Part shown: positions 30,561-39,015 of the stretch, piece by piece
How positions within the stretch are numbered: position 1 is the first letter of the stretch
How the letters are laid out: the number at the start of each line of letters is the position of its first letter
DNA from: an uncultured Alphaproteobacteria bacterium
GTDB lineage: Bacteria > Pseudomonadota > Alphaproteobacteria > RF32 > CAG-239
Assembly (NCBI GenBank): GCA_944392835.1
Contig: CALXYB010000008.1
Coordinates: forward strand, 4,821-68,820
Length of the DNA: 64,000 nucleotides
Direction of reading: 5' to 3'
Made by a program: the position numbers and the translations under genes
The notes under the pieces: model-generated
What the model was told of the DNA's origin: nothing
The model's input: the letters and a program-made list of their open reading frames with translations, nothing else
Databases searched by the model: none

Positions 30561-31346
30561 TTAATATTGCAAGATCTCATTATCATCAGGAACTACAACA
30601 TTTTTTAACTTTAGTTTTTTGATGTCATCTCTTGTAACTGTCAAATGGCTGACTGTGTCCATATGGCTGGCAACAATAATCGCTGAAGGCGCATAGGCGG
30701 CTATGGTCTTGACATCCTCATCATTCATAATGATTCTTTCCCCATTAAGCAAAGTTGCACCACAAGCATTAACAATAATCACATCCGGCGTGAACTTATT
30801 GATTGCTGCAATCACTTCATCGCACCAAATTGTGTCTCCGGCAAGATATAGCGTTTTTTCTGTCTTCGCTTTAAAAACTACGCCCATAGCATCATAGGGC
30901 ATATTGATTTGTTCACATAGGGGTTTAATGATTTCTCTTTTTCCGTGTTGTCCGCCGGTTTTATAAAGCATGCTACCTTCAAAACTCGTTCCATCTTCAG
31001 ACATGATGTTTACATTCTTAAAGCCTAAGGATTTAATTTTATCTAAATCTTCCTCACTTTGCACAAAGAAAGGCAAGTTTTTATCAATAGCCTCAACGGC
31101 GAATTCATCCCAATGATCCGGATGAAAATGGGTTAAAATCACGGCATCAACATCAACAATATCTGAAATAGGTAAAGGTAAATCTACCCTGGGTTGGCGC
31201 ACGTTGGCATTTACGGCCACGTCAAAGCCCGCCATATAGCCTTTGGGCATAAGCCATGGATCAATCAAAAATCTCGTTTTGTTATAGGTGATTATGAGAG
31301 TGGCATTGCGTATTTGATGTATTTGCATATTATTTACTCCAATCAA
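30561..31346 (-). CDS. MBL-fold metallo-hydrolase
   Basis: HFHPDHW motif. Confidence 0.7.
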   Translation of the reverse strand: MIGVNNMQIHQIRNATLIITYNKTRFLIDPWLMPKGYMAGFDVAVNANVRQPRVDLPLPISDIVDVDAVILTHFHPDHWDEFAVEAIDKNLPFFVQSEEDLDKIKSLGFKNVNIMSEDGTSFEGSMLYKTGGQHGKREIIKPLCEQINMPYDAMGVVFKAKTEKTLYLAGDTIWCDEVIAAINKFTPDVIIVNACGATLLNGERIIMNDEDVKTIAAYAPSAIIVASHMDTVSHLTVTRDDIKKLKLKNVVVPDDNEILQY

Positions 31347-31896
31347 AATCAGTTAATGTTTTTTTCAGATGTTGGGTATAATCACGAATAAAATTGACGG
31401 CAAAAACAACTTCTTTTTCATTATAACGGCTTAAAAATTTTAAGTCTTTTTTATGCCATTTTTGGTGAATATTCTCGTGCGCTTGAAAAACCTTTTTACC
31501 GTGTTCCGTCAGTTTGTAATAAATCTCTTTTTTATTGTTTGGCGTTTGATAAGGTATAATTGTATTTTTGGAAATAAGTTTTTTTATCAATTTGCTAATT
31601 CCGCCGCGGGTGATATTCAAATCCTGCGAGATTTTTGTTACATTTGAATCTTCTATTTTGCCTATGTGTTCTATACAATGCAGTTCTGTAATTGTATAAT
31701 TTTGCAAAATTGCCTCAGCCTTGTCCTTGAACGAGTTTTGCATAAGCTCAAAGGTATTAAGCAGCACTGAAAGAAACGTATTTAAATCTTTTTCCATAAT
31801 TGGCCTCTGGAAATATTCTGACATTACAATAAATTTATATAAGATATTTTGTTTCCTTGTCAACAAAATATGGACTAAAGATTTAGTATTCTGCAT
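31330..31896 (-). CDS. MarR-family transcriptional regulator
   Basis: Winged-helix region ITRGGISKLIKKLISKNTIIPYQTPNNKKEIYYKLTEHG. Confidence 0.55.
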   Translation of the reverse strand: MQNTKSLVHILLTRKQNILYKFIVMSEYFQRPIMEKDLNTFLSVLLNTFELMQNSFKDKAEAILQNYTITELHCIEHIGKIEDSNVTKISQDLNITRGGISKLIKKLISKNTIIPYQTPNNKKEIYYKLTEHGKKVFQAHENIHQKWHKKDLKFLSRYNEKEVVFAVNFIRDYTQHLKKTLTDFDWSK

Positions 31897-31911
31897 AAAT
31901 AGTAGAAACAG

Positions 31912-32439
31912 TCAGGCAAGATGAGTGAGAATAAAGCTCTTCCATTCATCAAGCTTTTCTTTCGGGCTTTTGCGCGCGTTGGCAGAACTTGTGGACGGCA
32001 AGACATTATTTCCGTTATTGGTTCGTGTTAACAGCCAATTTTTTAAATCTTCGTTTTTTTCTTGCCGGATATATTTATCAAACAGCTTTTTGGCATTGCG
32101 ACTATTAAAAACAATATATTTAATTTTCGGGCAATTTTGCTTTATGATAGAAAAATCGTTATATTCCTGCTTGGTGATGGTGTTATCACTGCTCCCTTGA
32201 ATATGACAAGTTTTTATAACATCCCACAAACCGACACCATTTTTCAATAAGCAAGCGTAACGCTCCGCGCTGTTACCGTTTATGACTTCCTCCGCGTTAA
32301 AAATATCAGCAATGATTTTCCAAAACTGGTTTTGCGGATTGTTATAATAACACTTGTTTCTTGATTTTTTACTTGGAAAAGTCCCTAAGATGATTAACTT
32401 TGTTTCCTTATCAAAAACATAATCCAGACCTTTTTCCAT
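31912..32439 (-). CDS. uracil-DNA glycosylase superfamily protein (family-6 hypoxanthine-DNA-glycosylase-like)
   Basis: Motif A-like LIILGTFPS and motif B-like LPSTSSAN. Size about 175 aa. Confidence 0.45.
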   Translation of the reverse strand: MEKGLDYVFDKETKLIILGTFPSKKSRNKCYYNNPQNQFWKIIADIFNAEEVINGNSAERYACLLKNGVGLWDVIKTCHIQGSSDNTITKQEYNDFSIIKQNCPKIKYIVFNSRNAKKLFDKYIRQEKNEDLKNWLLTRTNNGNNVLPSTSSANARKSPKEKLDEWKSFILTHLA

Positions 32440-32490
32440 TTTATACCTCTATGTTTAGCCCTATCTTTTCGCCCTTTGAGATGTTTTAAA

Positions 32491-33036
32491 TTAGAGCTTA
32501 ATCCAATATCTTTTGTATTTTTGACCGCTATTATCCCATGGCAAAGTAATAATATTTTCTAAAACACCATTATTTTTTTCAATGGCTTTCCATGAGCCTA
32601 TATTTTTCTCTTTGGCGGCTAAAAGTAATTTATCCATTTCAAGCTCTCGCGCTTTAGATATGAGCAACGCCAAGCCTTTGGTCGCATATCCCATTCTTCT
32701 GTATTTTGGTGTAATTCCATAACCAACATTTCCGCCGACATACATCAAAAAATCATTCAATTTAGTTCGCAAATTAAAAGCACCTATAAACCTGCCGTTA
32801 TCAATGAGCCAATATGTGATTTGCGGCGCATTGGGATAATATTTGCCGTCATCTCTTAACCTTGGTGTCGGGTCATAAGGTTTTAATAATTTATTCCTCA
32901 GAAAAGCCTCAAAATCTTTTTCAATCTCGGCTATTTCCTCAACACTCTTTGGAGATTGTGAACCTAAATAAAAACCTTCTCTTAAAGCTTCTATAAAACT
33001 ATCTTTATATTTTATGTCCGGCTTAACTAATTCCAT
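32491..33036 (-). CDS. GNAT-family N-acetyltransferase
   Basis: RRMGYATKGLALLISKAREL acetyl-CoA-binding motif. Confidence 0.6.
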   Translation of the reverse strand: MELVKPDIKYKDSFIEALREGFYLGSQSPKSVEEIAEIEKDFEAFLRNKLLKPYDPTPRLRDDGKYYPNAPQITYWLIDNGRFIGAFNLRTKLNDFLMYVGGNVGYGITPKYRRMGYATKGLALLISKARELEMDKLLLAAKEKNIGSWKAIEKNNGVLENIITLPWDNSGQKYKRYWIKL

Positions 33037-33160
33037 AAATTTACCCCTTCTAAAAATATTAATGTTTTATAGCATAGCCAAAAGAAATAAAATAGCCTAA
33101 AAATTATTCGGATAAAAAAATGAAACATCAAAACTTGATAAAAGTCCTACAAATAAAAAA

Positions 33161-33196
33161 GGCAGCCGTTTCATTGACTGCCATTTTAATTGGTTA
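33161..33196 (+). repeat. terminator hairpin + degenerate island-boundary core (attttaattggtta)
   Basis: ggcagccgtttcattgactgcc hairpin, then a core related to the TTGGTGAT repeats further right. Coincides with the GC-content drop. Confidence 0.35.
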
Positions 33197-33478
33197 TTTT
33201 CTTTTTAAAAGATGAAGTAATATTATAATCAACACTGGTGAAAGTAATAATAATGCATAGAACTCAAGCTCAGAAAGCTCCACTAGATAATTAAGTCCAA
33301 AAACAATTAAAATTGGAGAAAGTCCAAAGACAATCCTTAAAAAATGCCAATCTTCGGTCACTGTATCATGATCACAATCTGTCCAACGATATATCTTAGG
33401 ATAAATATAACATCCATAAATGAAAAGCATTAATCCCAAAACAACCAATAAACTTCCGATTATCTTTACTGTTTCCAT
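33194..33478 (-). CDS. small membrane protein, hypothetical
   Basis: Three TM helices. Confidence 0.35.
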   Translation of the reverse strand: METVKIIGSLLVVLGLMLFIYGCYIYPKIYRWTDCDHDTVTEDWHFLRIVFGLSPILIVFGLNYLVELSELEFYALLLLSPVLIIILLHLLKRK

Positions 33479-33690
33479 AATAATATTATTAAATAGTTAA
33501 ACATTATGATTAAATTTTGTTAAATTATAATATGTTAAAAAAATAAGTAAAGATTTTAATATAAAAAATTTGGACGAAATAAAAAAACAACATCAAACTA
33601 AAAAACTGTTTGTATTAGTGATGCGGTTAGCCTAAGATTGCGGAAATATTTCCTAATCACAAGTTATTTATAATCATTAAAATGCGAGAT

Positions 33691-34011
33691 TTATATATTA
33701 TAAAAGTTGGTAAAATAGACATATCTCGCCAAATAAACAAGAGCCGGTATGGATAGAATGATATAGGCTTTTTTGAGATTTGTTTTACGCTTTTTCCAAG
33801 CATAAACCGTAGGTGCAATTATTATCAACAATATTGTTAATGTCATTATGGTATAGTTAAACCTATTTTCATATGCCCAACCTAATGCCTCTGCATTCCA
33901 TGGCATTTGGTTGCTACTCATTTCTTTTGGATATGTTATGGCATATATAAAAACTAAAAATCCATTTAAGGACAATAAGAGATAAAACAGTATGAGTTTG
34001 ATTTTTTTCAT
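33691..34011 (-). CDS. small membrane protein, tandem paralog 1
   Basis: About 90% nucleotide identity to 34146..34466 over about 320 bp. Confidence 0.4.
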   Translation of the reverse strand: MKKIKLILFYLLLSLNGFLVFIYAITYPKEMSSNQMPWNAEALGWAYENRFNYTIMTLTILLIIIAPTVYAWKKRKTNLKKAYIILSIPALVYLARYVYFTNFYNI

Positions 34012-34145
34012 AATTGCACCTTCGATTAAATTTATTCAAAGTATATTCAGCATTTACCTTAAATACAATAAAAATCACCAACAATCTTTATCATATTTTA
34101 CATTAAGAATCATATCATGCCCATATTTCTTAAATTTAAATGAGG

Positions 34146-34466
34146 CTATATATTAAAAAAGTTGATAAAATAAATATATTGTATCAGATATAAAAGAGCC
34201 GGGATGGATAGAATTATATAGGCTTTTTTGAGATTTGTTTTACGCTTTTTCCAAGCATAAATCGTAGGTGCAATTATTATCAACAATATTGTTAATGTCA
34301 TTATGGTATAGTTAAACCTATTTTCATATGCCCAACCTAATGCCTCTGCATTCCATGGCATGCTGTCACTTGTCATATCATCTGGATATGTTACTGCAAT
34401 GATAAAAACCGCAAAGGCATATAATCCTGACAATAGATAAAACGGTATGAGTTTGATTTTTTTCAT
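34146..34466 (-). CDS. small membrane protein, tandem paralog 2
   Basis: Start trimmed to MKKIKLIPFYLL. Near-identical C-terminal two-thirds to paralog 1. Confidence 0.4.
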   Translation of the reverse strand: MKKIKLIPFYLLSGLYAFAVFIIAVTYPDDMTSDSMPWNAEALGWAYENRFNYTIMTLTILLIIIAPTIYAWKKRKTNLKKAYIILSIPALLYLIQYIYFINFFNI

Positions 34467-34480
34467 AATTGCACCTTCGG

Positions 34481-34876
34481 TTAAAGCGGAATACATTTTT
34501 GAACTTTATTCCAACTCAAGCAATCATTTCTGCATATGTGTTGGTCATAGTCCCATACCAAGCCATTATCAAGACAAGAATCCAATTGATGTGCTCGCTT
34601 GATATTCGCATTAAATAAAAACATTTGAAGAAAAGCTAAAAAAATGAGCATTACAAAAATATAATGTTTTTGTTTATATCTATTAAACACCCAAAAAATT
34701 AGTCCCCAACACAATGTTGTGATGATTGCCACGTAAGGAATATGCGCCATTGATGCTTCTTCATTTTCCGTAATATAAGCTTCATAAATCAGAAACAAAA
34801 CTATTGGCGTAATCAAAATTCCTTTAACAATTATATGCATTGCTTTAAGAAATAACTCTTTGGTTTGTTTTTTCAT
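34481..34876 (-). CDS. membrane protein, hypothetical
   Basis: TM helices plus C-terminal Cys-containing tail. Overlaps start of paralog 2 (coupled). Confidence 0.4.
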   Translation of the reverse strand: MKKQTKELFLKAMHIIVKGILITPIVLFLIYEAYITENEEASMAHIPYVAIITTLCWGLIFWVFNRYKQKHYIFVMLIFLAFLQMFLFNANIKRAHQLDSCLDNGLVWDYDQHICRNDCLSWNKVQKCIPL

Positions 34877-34925
34877 ATATGTTTCTCCTTAAAGTTATTC
34901 TATGAGCAATATTTATATTTGCAAG

Positions 34926-35438
34926 TTATTTGTAGTAATCGCGTGGATTACGAGAGCAACTTTCTAAAAGATTTTTTCCCGATTTTGCTCCCTGCCAACC
35001 TCTACGATTTGCTTCCCAATCATCTGATGATGCTTGAATTCCATCTTTCATTACTCCATACGGAAATTCTCGTGCTGTACTTAAAGTTTTTGCAACAAAT
35101 TCTCCCCATTTTCCCCTTTTAGCGGCTTCATAATTTGCTTTACAATGAAAAAATTTATCATTTCCTATAGTGGCATCTTCTTCCATCTCTTTTTTATTTT
35201 GCACAAAGTCATAAAATGGAGCTAATAACCCCGTTCTTGTTTTTCCTGGATAATTAGATTTATTTTTCTGCATATATTCATTGAGATGAGCCTCTGTCTT
35301 TTTTCCCCAATTTTCAGAAATATTTGATTTTTTTGTTCTATATGTTTCTAAATAATCCTTTTTACTATTTTCAATATTATCAATAGAAAATTTTTTAGAA
35401 GGATCTTCTTGTATAATATATCTTATTAAATTACTCAT
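34926..35438 (-). CDS. serum amyloid A (SAA) domain protein with N-terminal MSNLIRYIIQEDP tag
   Basis: IGNDKFFHCKANYEAAKRGKWGEFVAKTLSTARE and DDWEANRRGWQGAKSG align closely with the vertebrate SAA core ([34 protein letters not shown] ... ADQAANEWGRSG). Start trimmed to ATG 35438 with AAGGA RBS. Confidence 0.65.
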   Translation of the reverse strand: MSNLIRYIIQEDPSKKFSIDNIENSKKDYLETYRTKKSNISENWGKKTEAHLNEYMQKNKSNYPGKTRTGLLAPFYDFVQNKKEMEEDATIGNDKFFHCKANYEAAKRGKWGEFVAKTLSTAREFPYGVMKDGIQASSDDWEANRRGWQGAKSGKNLLESCSRNPRDYYK

Positions 35439-35477
35439 TTCTTTTTCCTTATTCTTTGTTAATTTTAGATACAAAAA

Positions 35478-35524
35478 AACCGTTGATTTTCATCAACGGT
35501 TTTTAGACGCACTTTTCCCAAGTG
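35478..35524 (-). promoter_or_regulatory. leader stem-loop + CACTT-N5-AAGTG palindrome upstream of the SAA-like gene
   Basis: aaccgttgattttcatcaacggtt hairpin with T-run, then cacttttcccaagtg palindrome. Same architecture as upstream of 9677..10588. Confidence 0.4.
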
Positions 35525-36014
35525 ACATTTTATCTTTTATAATATTTTCTATTTAAAGTAAAGGAAAAAATTCCTATCTTGTGGGTAATTATGTTTTATG
35601 TTATTTAAGATGTTCCAAAGAGCTTGCATTTTTGCTTAGCGCTCCCTTCCGGGTTCGAACTTCTATTGTAATTATGATACTTTTTTATAATTTTTACTCT
35701 TTCTTGCTCATAAGCTCAAGCTTTTAGCTTTCGCCAACTCGCTTCGGTCACTCCATTTGTAACGTTTTTCGCCTACACTTCCGTTTGGCTCAAAACCAAC
35801 AAATGTTCGCCTGTCGTTAAAAATTCCTCCACGGGAGAAATTTTTTTCCTCCAGCCCCATACTTTGACGATGAGCCCTTAAATTTCAAAAATAAAAAAAT
35901 TGTTGATTAAAAATAAAAGGAATAAAATAAAAAAGTTCGGACAAATTGAAAAAATGATGATTTTTGAAAAAGAAACATCCGAACTTGATGAAAGCCTTGG
36001 AAATAAAAGAAAAA

Positions 36015-36050
36015 GCAGCCATTCTCATGACTGCCGTTTGAATTGATGAT
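36015..36050 (+). repeat. terminator hairpin + degenerate boundary core (gtttgaattgatgat)
   Basis: Terminates the radical SAM gene in minus orientation. Core is related to the TTGGTGAT repeats. Confidence 0.35.
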
Positions 36051-36091
36051 ATTGTTAGTCTAAAGTTGCGAAAATATCTATTAGTTTTTTA

Positions 36092-37348
36092 TTAACGTTC
36101 TTTTATTTTATTTTTCATAAAAGTATTAGAAAATTGACAAAATCCACCACATTTTATCCCTTCTGGTGAATTATTGACATCACAATCCTTGCATGCCTCT
36201 TGTGTTTTTAATCGTGAGCGCAATGTATAGTCTAGCTCTTGTAGCAATGCTTCAGGTGTATACTTTTCAATTGGCCCTTTCTTATGCTTACGATCCATAT
36301 GACAAACTAACAGACGACCATTTACATCAATGTTTATTAGTTGACGAATATCACAACCATAATACCTTGATTCTTGTATTTTATCTGCTAAATGGACGGT
36401 GTTGTGAAAAACATGCGGATTATTTTTGTGTTTTTCATAAATGCTCCTCATATCAACATTCTGCAATTCATTATTAGCAGCGGCTCCTGCAATTATTGTT
36501 GGACGGATAAATAAATTTATTTCAAATGGTTTTAAATATTCAACTAATCTATCAATACCAGGTTCATTATCTTGATTGACTGTACATAACAAAGAACAAT
36601 TTATGCCATTTTCTTTTAATATCTTAATTCCTTCTATATCTTTTGCAAAAAGTCCTGGTCTTTTTCTACTTTTGTCATGTAATTCCCCGTATGAGTCAAT
36701 ACTTATAATTATATCACTTGAACTTTTTAATGAATTAATAGTTTTTTTATCTAATGAAGACAAATACTCTCCGTTAGTTACAATTGTATATAAAAAATTT
36801 TCTTTATTAACAAAATCACAAAGTTCAGATAGATCTTTTCTAAGCAAAGGCTCACCACCTAAAATTTCGAGTCTAGTTATTCCTAATTTTTTTAAGTGCT
36901 TGATTCTTTTTTTCAAAGTATCCAGAGAAGGCGGAGGTGTTGGAATTTCTGCTTTATAACAAATATCGCAATTACACTGGCAAGCATCTGTAATTTCAAT
37001 TCTGCCATAATAAGGCAAGTCATTATTCAAACAGTGAACTTTCTTAAAAGAATTGGGATGATTAGTTTGTTCTATTAGTTCATGACTGAGTAACTTCTGA
37101 ACTATAGATTTAGGCATTCCATTCAGATTAAAAATCGGTTGTTGAAGAATTTCTACCATTTCATTATCCAGAAACAAAACACTATTTATTGTTTTTCCTG
37201 ATATAGCCAACGTTCCATTAGGAGATATTCTGAGTAAGCTATTCTTCATAATAGAGTACGTTTCTGTGCCTATATAAACAGAGGTATCTTCTTTAATAAA
37301 CTCTTTTTTACATGGAACAGCTCGACTGTATAAATTTGTTACTTGCAT
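36092..37348 (-). CDS. radical SAM enzyme with C-terminal SPASM/twitch domain (peptide- or protein-modifying maturase-like)
   Basis: CQCNCDIC (CxxxCxxC). C-terminal Cys cluster CHMD...CKDCD...CGGFC. About 130-aa N-terminal extension, possibly substrate recognition. Start trimmed to ATG 37348 with AGGGG RBS. Confidence 0.75.
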   Translation of the reverse strand: MQVTNLYSRAVPCKKEFIKEDTSVYIGTETYSIMKNSLLRISPNGTLAISGKTINSVLFLDNEMVEILQQPIFNLNGMPKSIVQKLLSHELIEQTNHPNSFKKVHCLNNDLPYYGRIEITDACQCNCDICYKAEIPTPPPSLDTLKKRIKHLKKLGITRLEILGGEPLLRKDLSELCDFVNKENFLYTIVTNGEYLSSLDKKTINSLKSSSDIIISIDSYGELHDKSRKRPGLFAKDIEGIKILKENGINCSLLCTVNQDNEPGIDRLVEYLKPFEINLFIRPTIIAGAAANNELQNVDMRSIYEKHKNNPHVFHNTVHLADKIQESRYYGCDIRQLINIDVNGRLLVCHMDRKHKKGPIEKYTPEALLQELDYTLRSRLKTQEACKDCDVNNSPEGIKCGGFCQFSNTFMKNKIKER

Positions 37349-37413
37349 TTCATGGCCCCTAAGCGAGTTATTTTTACATAAAAACAATTAACAGTAATAT
37401 TTTTATCAAAAAA

Positions 37414-37444
37414 TGTCAATATTTTGTCAAAAAAAATATTGACA
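37414..37444. promoter_or_regulatory. perfect 12-bp inverted repeat (TGTCAATATTTT-N7-AAAATATTGACA) in divergent promoter region
   Basis: Read directly from the sequence between the rSAM gene and the kinase-HIT-AlaRS-like operon. Candidate operator. Confidence 0.45.
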
Positions 37445-37591
37445 CAGCAAATTATTAACGATATATTAACACAAAAAAAATGCAGTAAATTAAATAATTA
37501 ATTACACAAAATTGTAAATTTTATATAACTTCTAGCAAAATTAATCTTATTTCTTATTAATTTTTTCTAAATTAATATTGTAAAGGTAAAA

Positions 37592-38197
37592 ATGAAGAAC
37601 ACAATAATCTATTTAATTGGAGGCCCCGGAGTTGGCAAACAAACTATTGCTAAAGAAATTCAAAAAAAGCAATCTTTTACTTTAGTGGATAATCATTCGT
37701 ATACAAATGCCATTTTTTCGATATCAAAAAATTATTCTCATCCTAAACACGAAGAATACAGACTAAAAGTACGCAATATTGTTCTTGAAGCTATGGGCGA
37801 AATTTGTCCCAAAGGCGAATCTTTTATATTTACAAATGTAATATCTTTGGGCGAAGAAACTTCATATTATAAGCCAGTTGAAAATCTTGCTAATACACGA
37901 CGCTCCTTATTTATTCCTGTAATGTTATTATGCGAAATGAAAGAGAATCAAAAAAGAATAGCTAATCCTTTTCGCAAAAAATTTTTGAAAACAATAAATC
38001 CCGAAGCAGTCCAACAAATTGCGAACTTAGGACTGCCGGAGATAGAACACCCTAATCTTTTACGTTTAGATGTTACTAAGCTATCTGCAGCAGAAGCTGC
38101 TCTACAAATTATAACGCATGTTAACCATATTAGAAAAAAACAAAATGGTTATTATTCTAAATTCTCAACAAAAGCCAATGGAGGGGCAAATTTATGA
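37592..38197 (+). CDS. P-loop NTPase / small-molecule (nucleotide) kinase-like protein
   Basis: Walker A GGPGVGKQT at N-terminus. About 200-aa size, typical of AAA_33/CPT-like kinases. Stop overlaps next start (ATGA). Confidence 0.55.
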   Translation: MKNTIIYLIGGPGVGKQTIAKEIQKKQSFTLVDNHSYTNAIFSISKNYSHPKHEEYRLKVRNIVLEAMGEICPKGESFIFTNVISLGEETSYYKPVENLANTRRSLFIPVMLLCEMKENQKRIANPFRKKFLKTINPEAVQQIANLGLPEIEHPNLLRLDVTKLSAAEAALQIITHVNHIRKKQNGYYSKFSTKANGGANL

Positions 38198-39006
38198 TAA
38201 AAAATTGCGTTTTGTGCGATGGTTTAAAAGACGAGTTTCAAAATATTAAGGAACAATACCCTGAACTACAGAGCAATGTAACTTTGTTTGAAACTAAAAA
38301 CTTTAAAGTTATTCCAGATAAATTTCCGATTGCACCTAATCACATTATTATTCTGCCGAAAGAACATATTAATACATTTGCTGAATTTAATGAAGCCCAA
38401 GGGCGAGAAGTTGGTTATATATTAGATCGTTTAGAGAACACAACAAAATCTGATAATTTTATTATGTTTGAACACGGAACAAGTAAATCTGAAGAGTTAA
38501 ATACTCCACCACATATTAAGTCAATATTTCATGCACATTTACACTTTATTCCAAATGTTAAATGCAATACAGAGGATATGGATGTTTTTTTTCAACAGAA
38601 AAACGTTCAATTACTTGATTATGATGGTTCTCAAAGAAATATATCTGAGTTTCAAACACAATATTCTGGAAATGCAAATTTAGTCAATTTTATTAAAGAC
38701 AATGTTATATATGAAGATTCTGCTCGTACTTCAGTTGAATCCTATTTTTATATAAAAAGCTCAGATAATACACAATTATTCTTTCCAGAAAGACTTGTAA
38801 CGCCAAGAATTCCATCTCAATTTTTACGAGAGGCTTTAAGTGTGCAATGTGAAACACCTGAATGGAACTGGAAAGTCGGCATGACTGCTGAGGGGCGTCA
38901 AAAATATGGAACGAGAATTGTACAAATGGCCAAATTATTTAAGCAAAATGATTATAATAATATTTTAGTTATGACCAAATTTAAATCTGGTTATGGTAAA
39001 GAATAG
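38194..39006 (+). CDS. HIT (histidine triad) superfamily nucleotide hydrolase/transferase-like protein
   Basis: N-terminal CVLCDG. Histidine triad HAHLHFIP (HxHxHxx). Translationally coupled to the upstream kinase. Confidence 0.55.
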   Translation: MIKNCVLCDGLKDEFQNIKEQYPELQSNVTLFETKNFKVIPDKFPIAPNHIIILPKEHINTFAEFNEAQGREVGYILDRLENTTKSDNFIMFEHGTSKSEELNTPPHIKSIFHAHLHFIPNVKCNTEDMDVFFQQKNVQLLDYDGSQRNISEFQTQYSGNANLVNFIKDNVIYEDSARTSVESYFYIKSSDNTQLFFPERLVTPRIPSQFLREALSVQCETPEWNWKVGMTAEGRQKYGTRIVQMAKLFKQNDYNNILVMTKFKSGYGKE

Positions 39007-39015
39007 GATAAAAAA

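Noticed and set aside
35640-35680. gggttcgaac T-loop-like motif suggesting a tRNA gene or fragment
   Set aside because: No acceptor, D or anticodon arms can be paired around it. There is no matching 3' CCA context. Likely a chance motif or at most a very degraded remnant.
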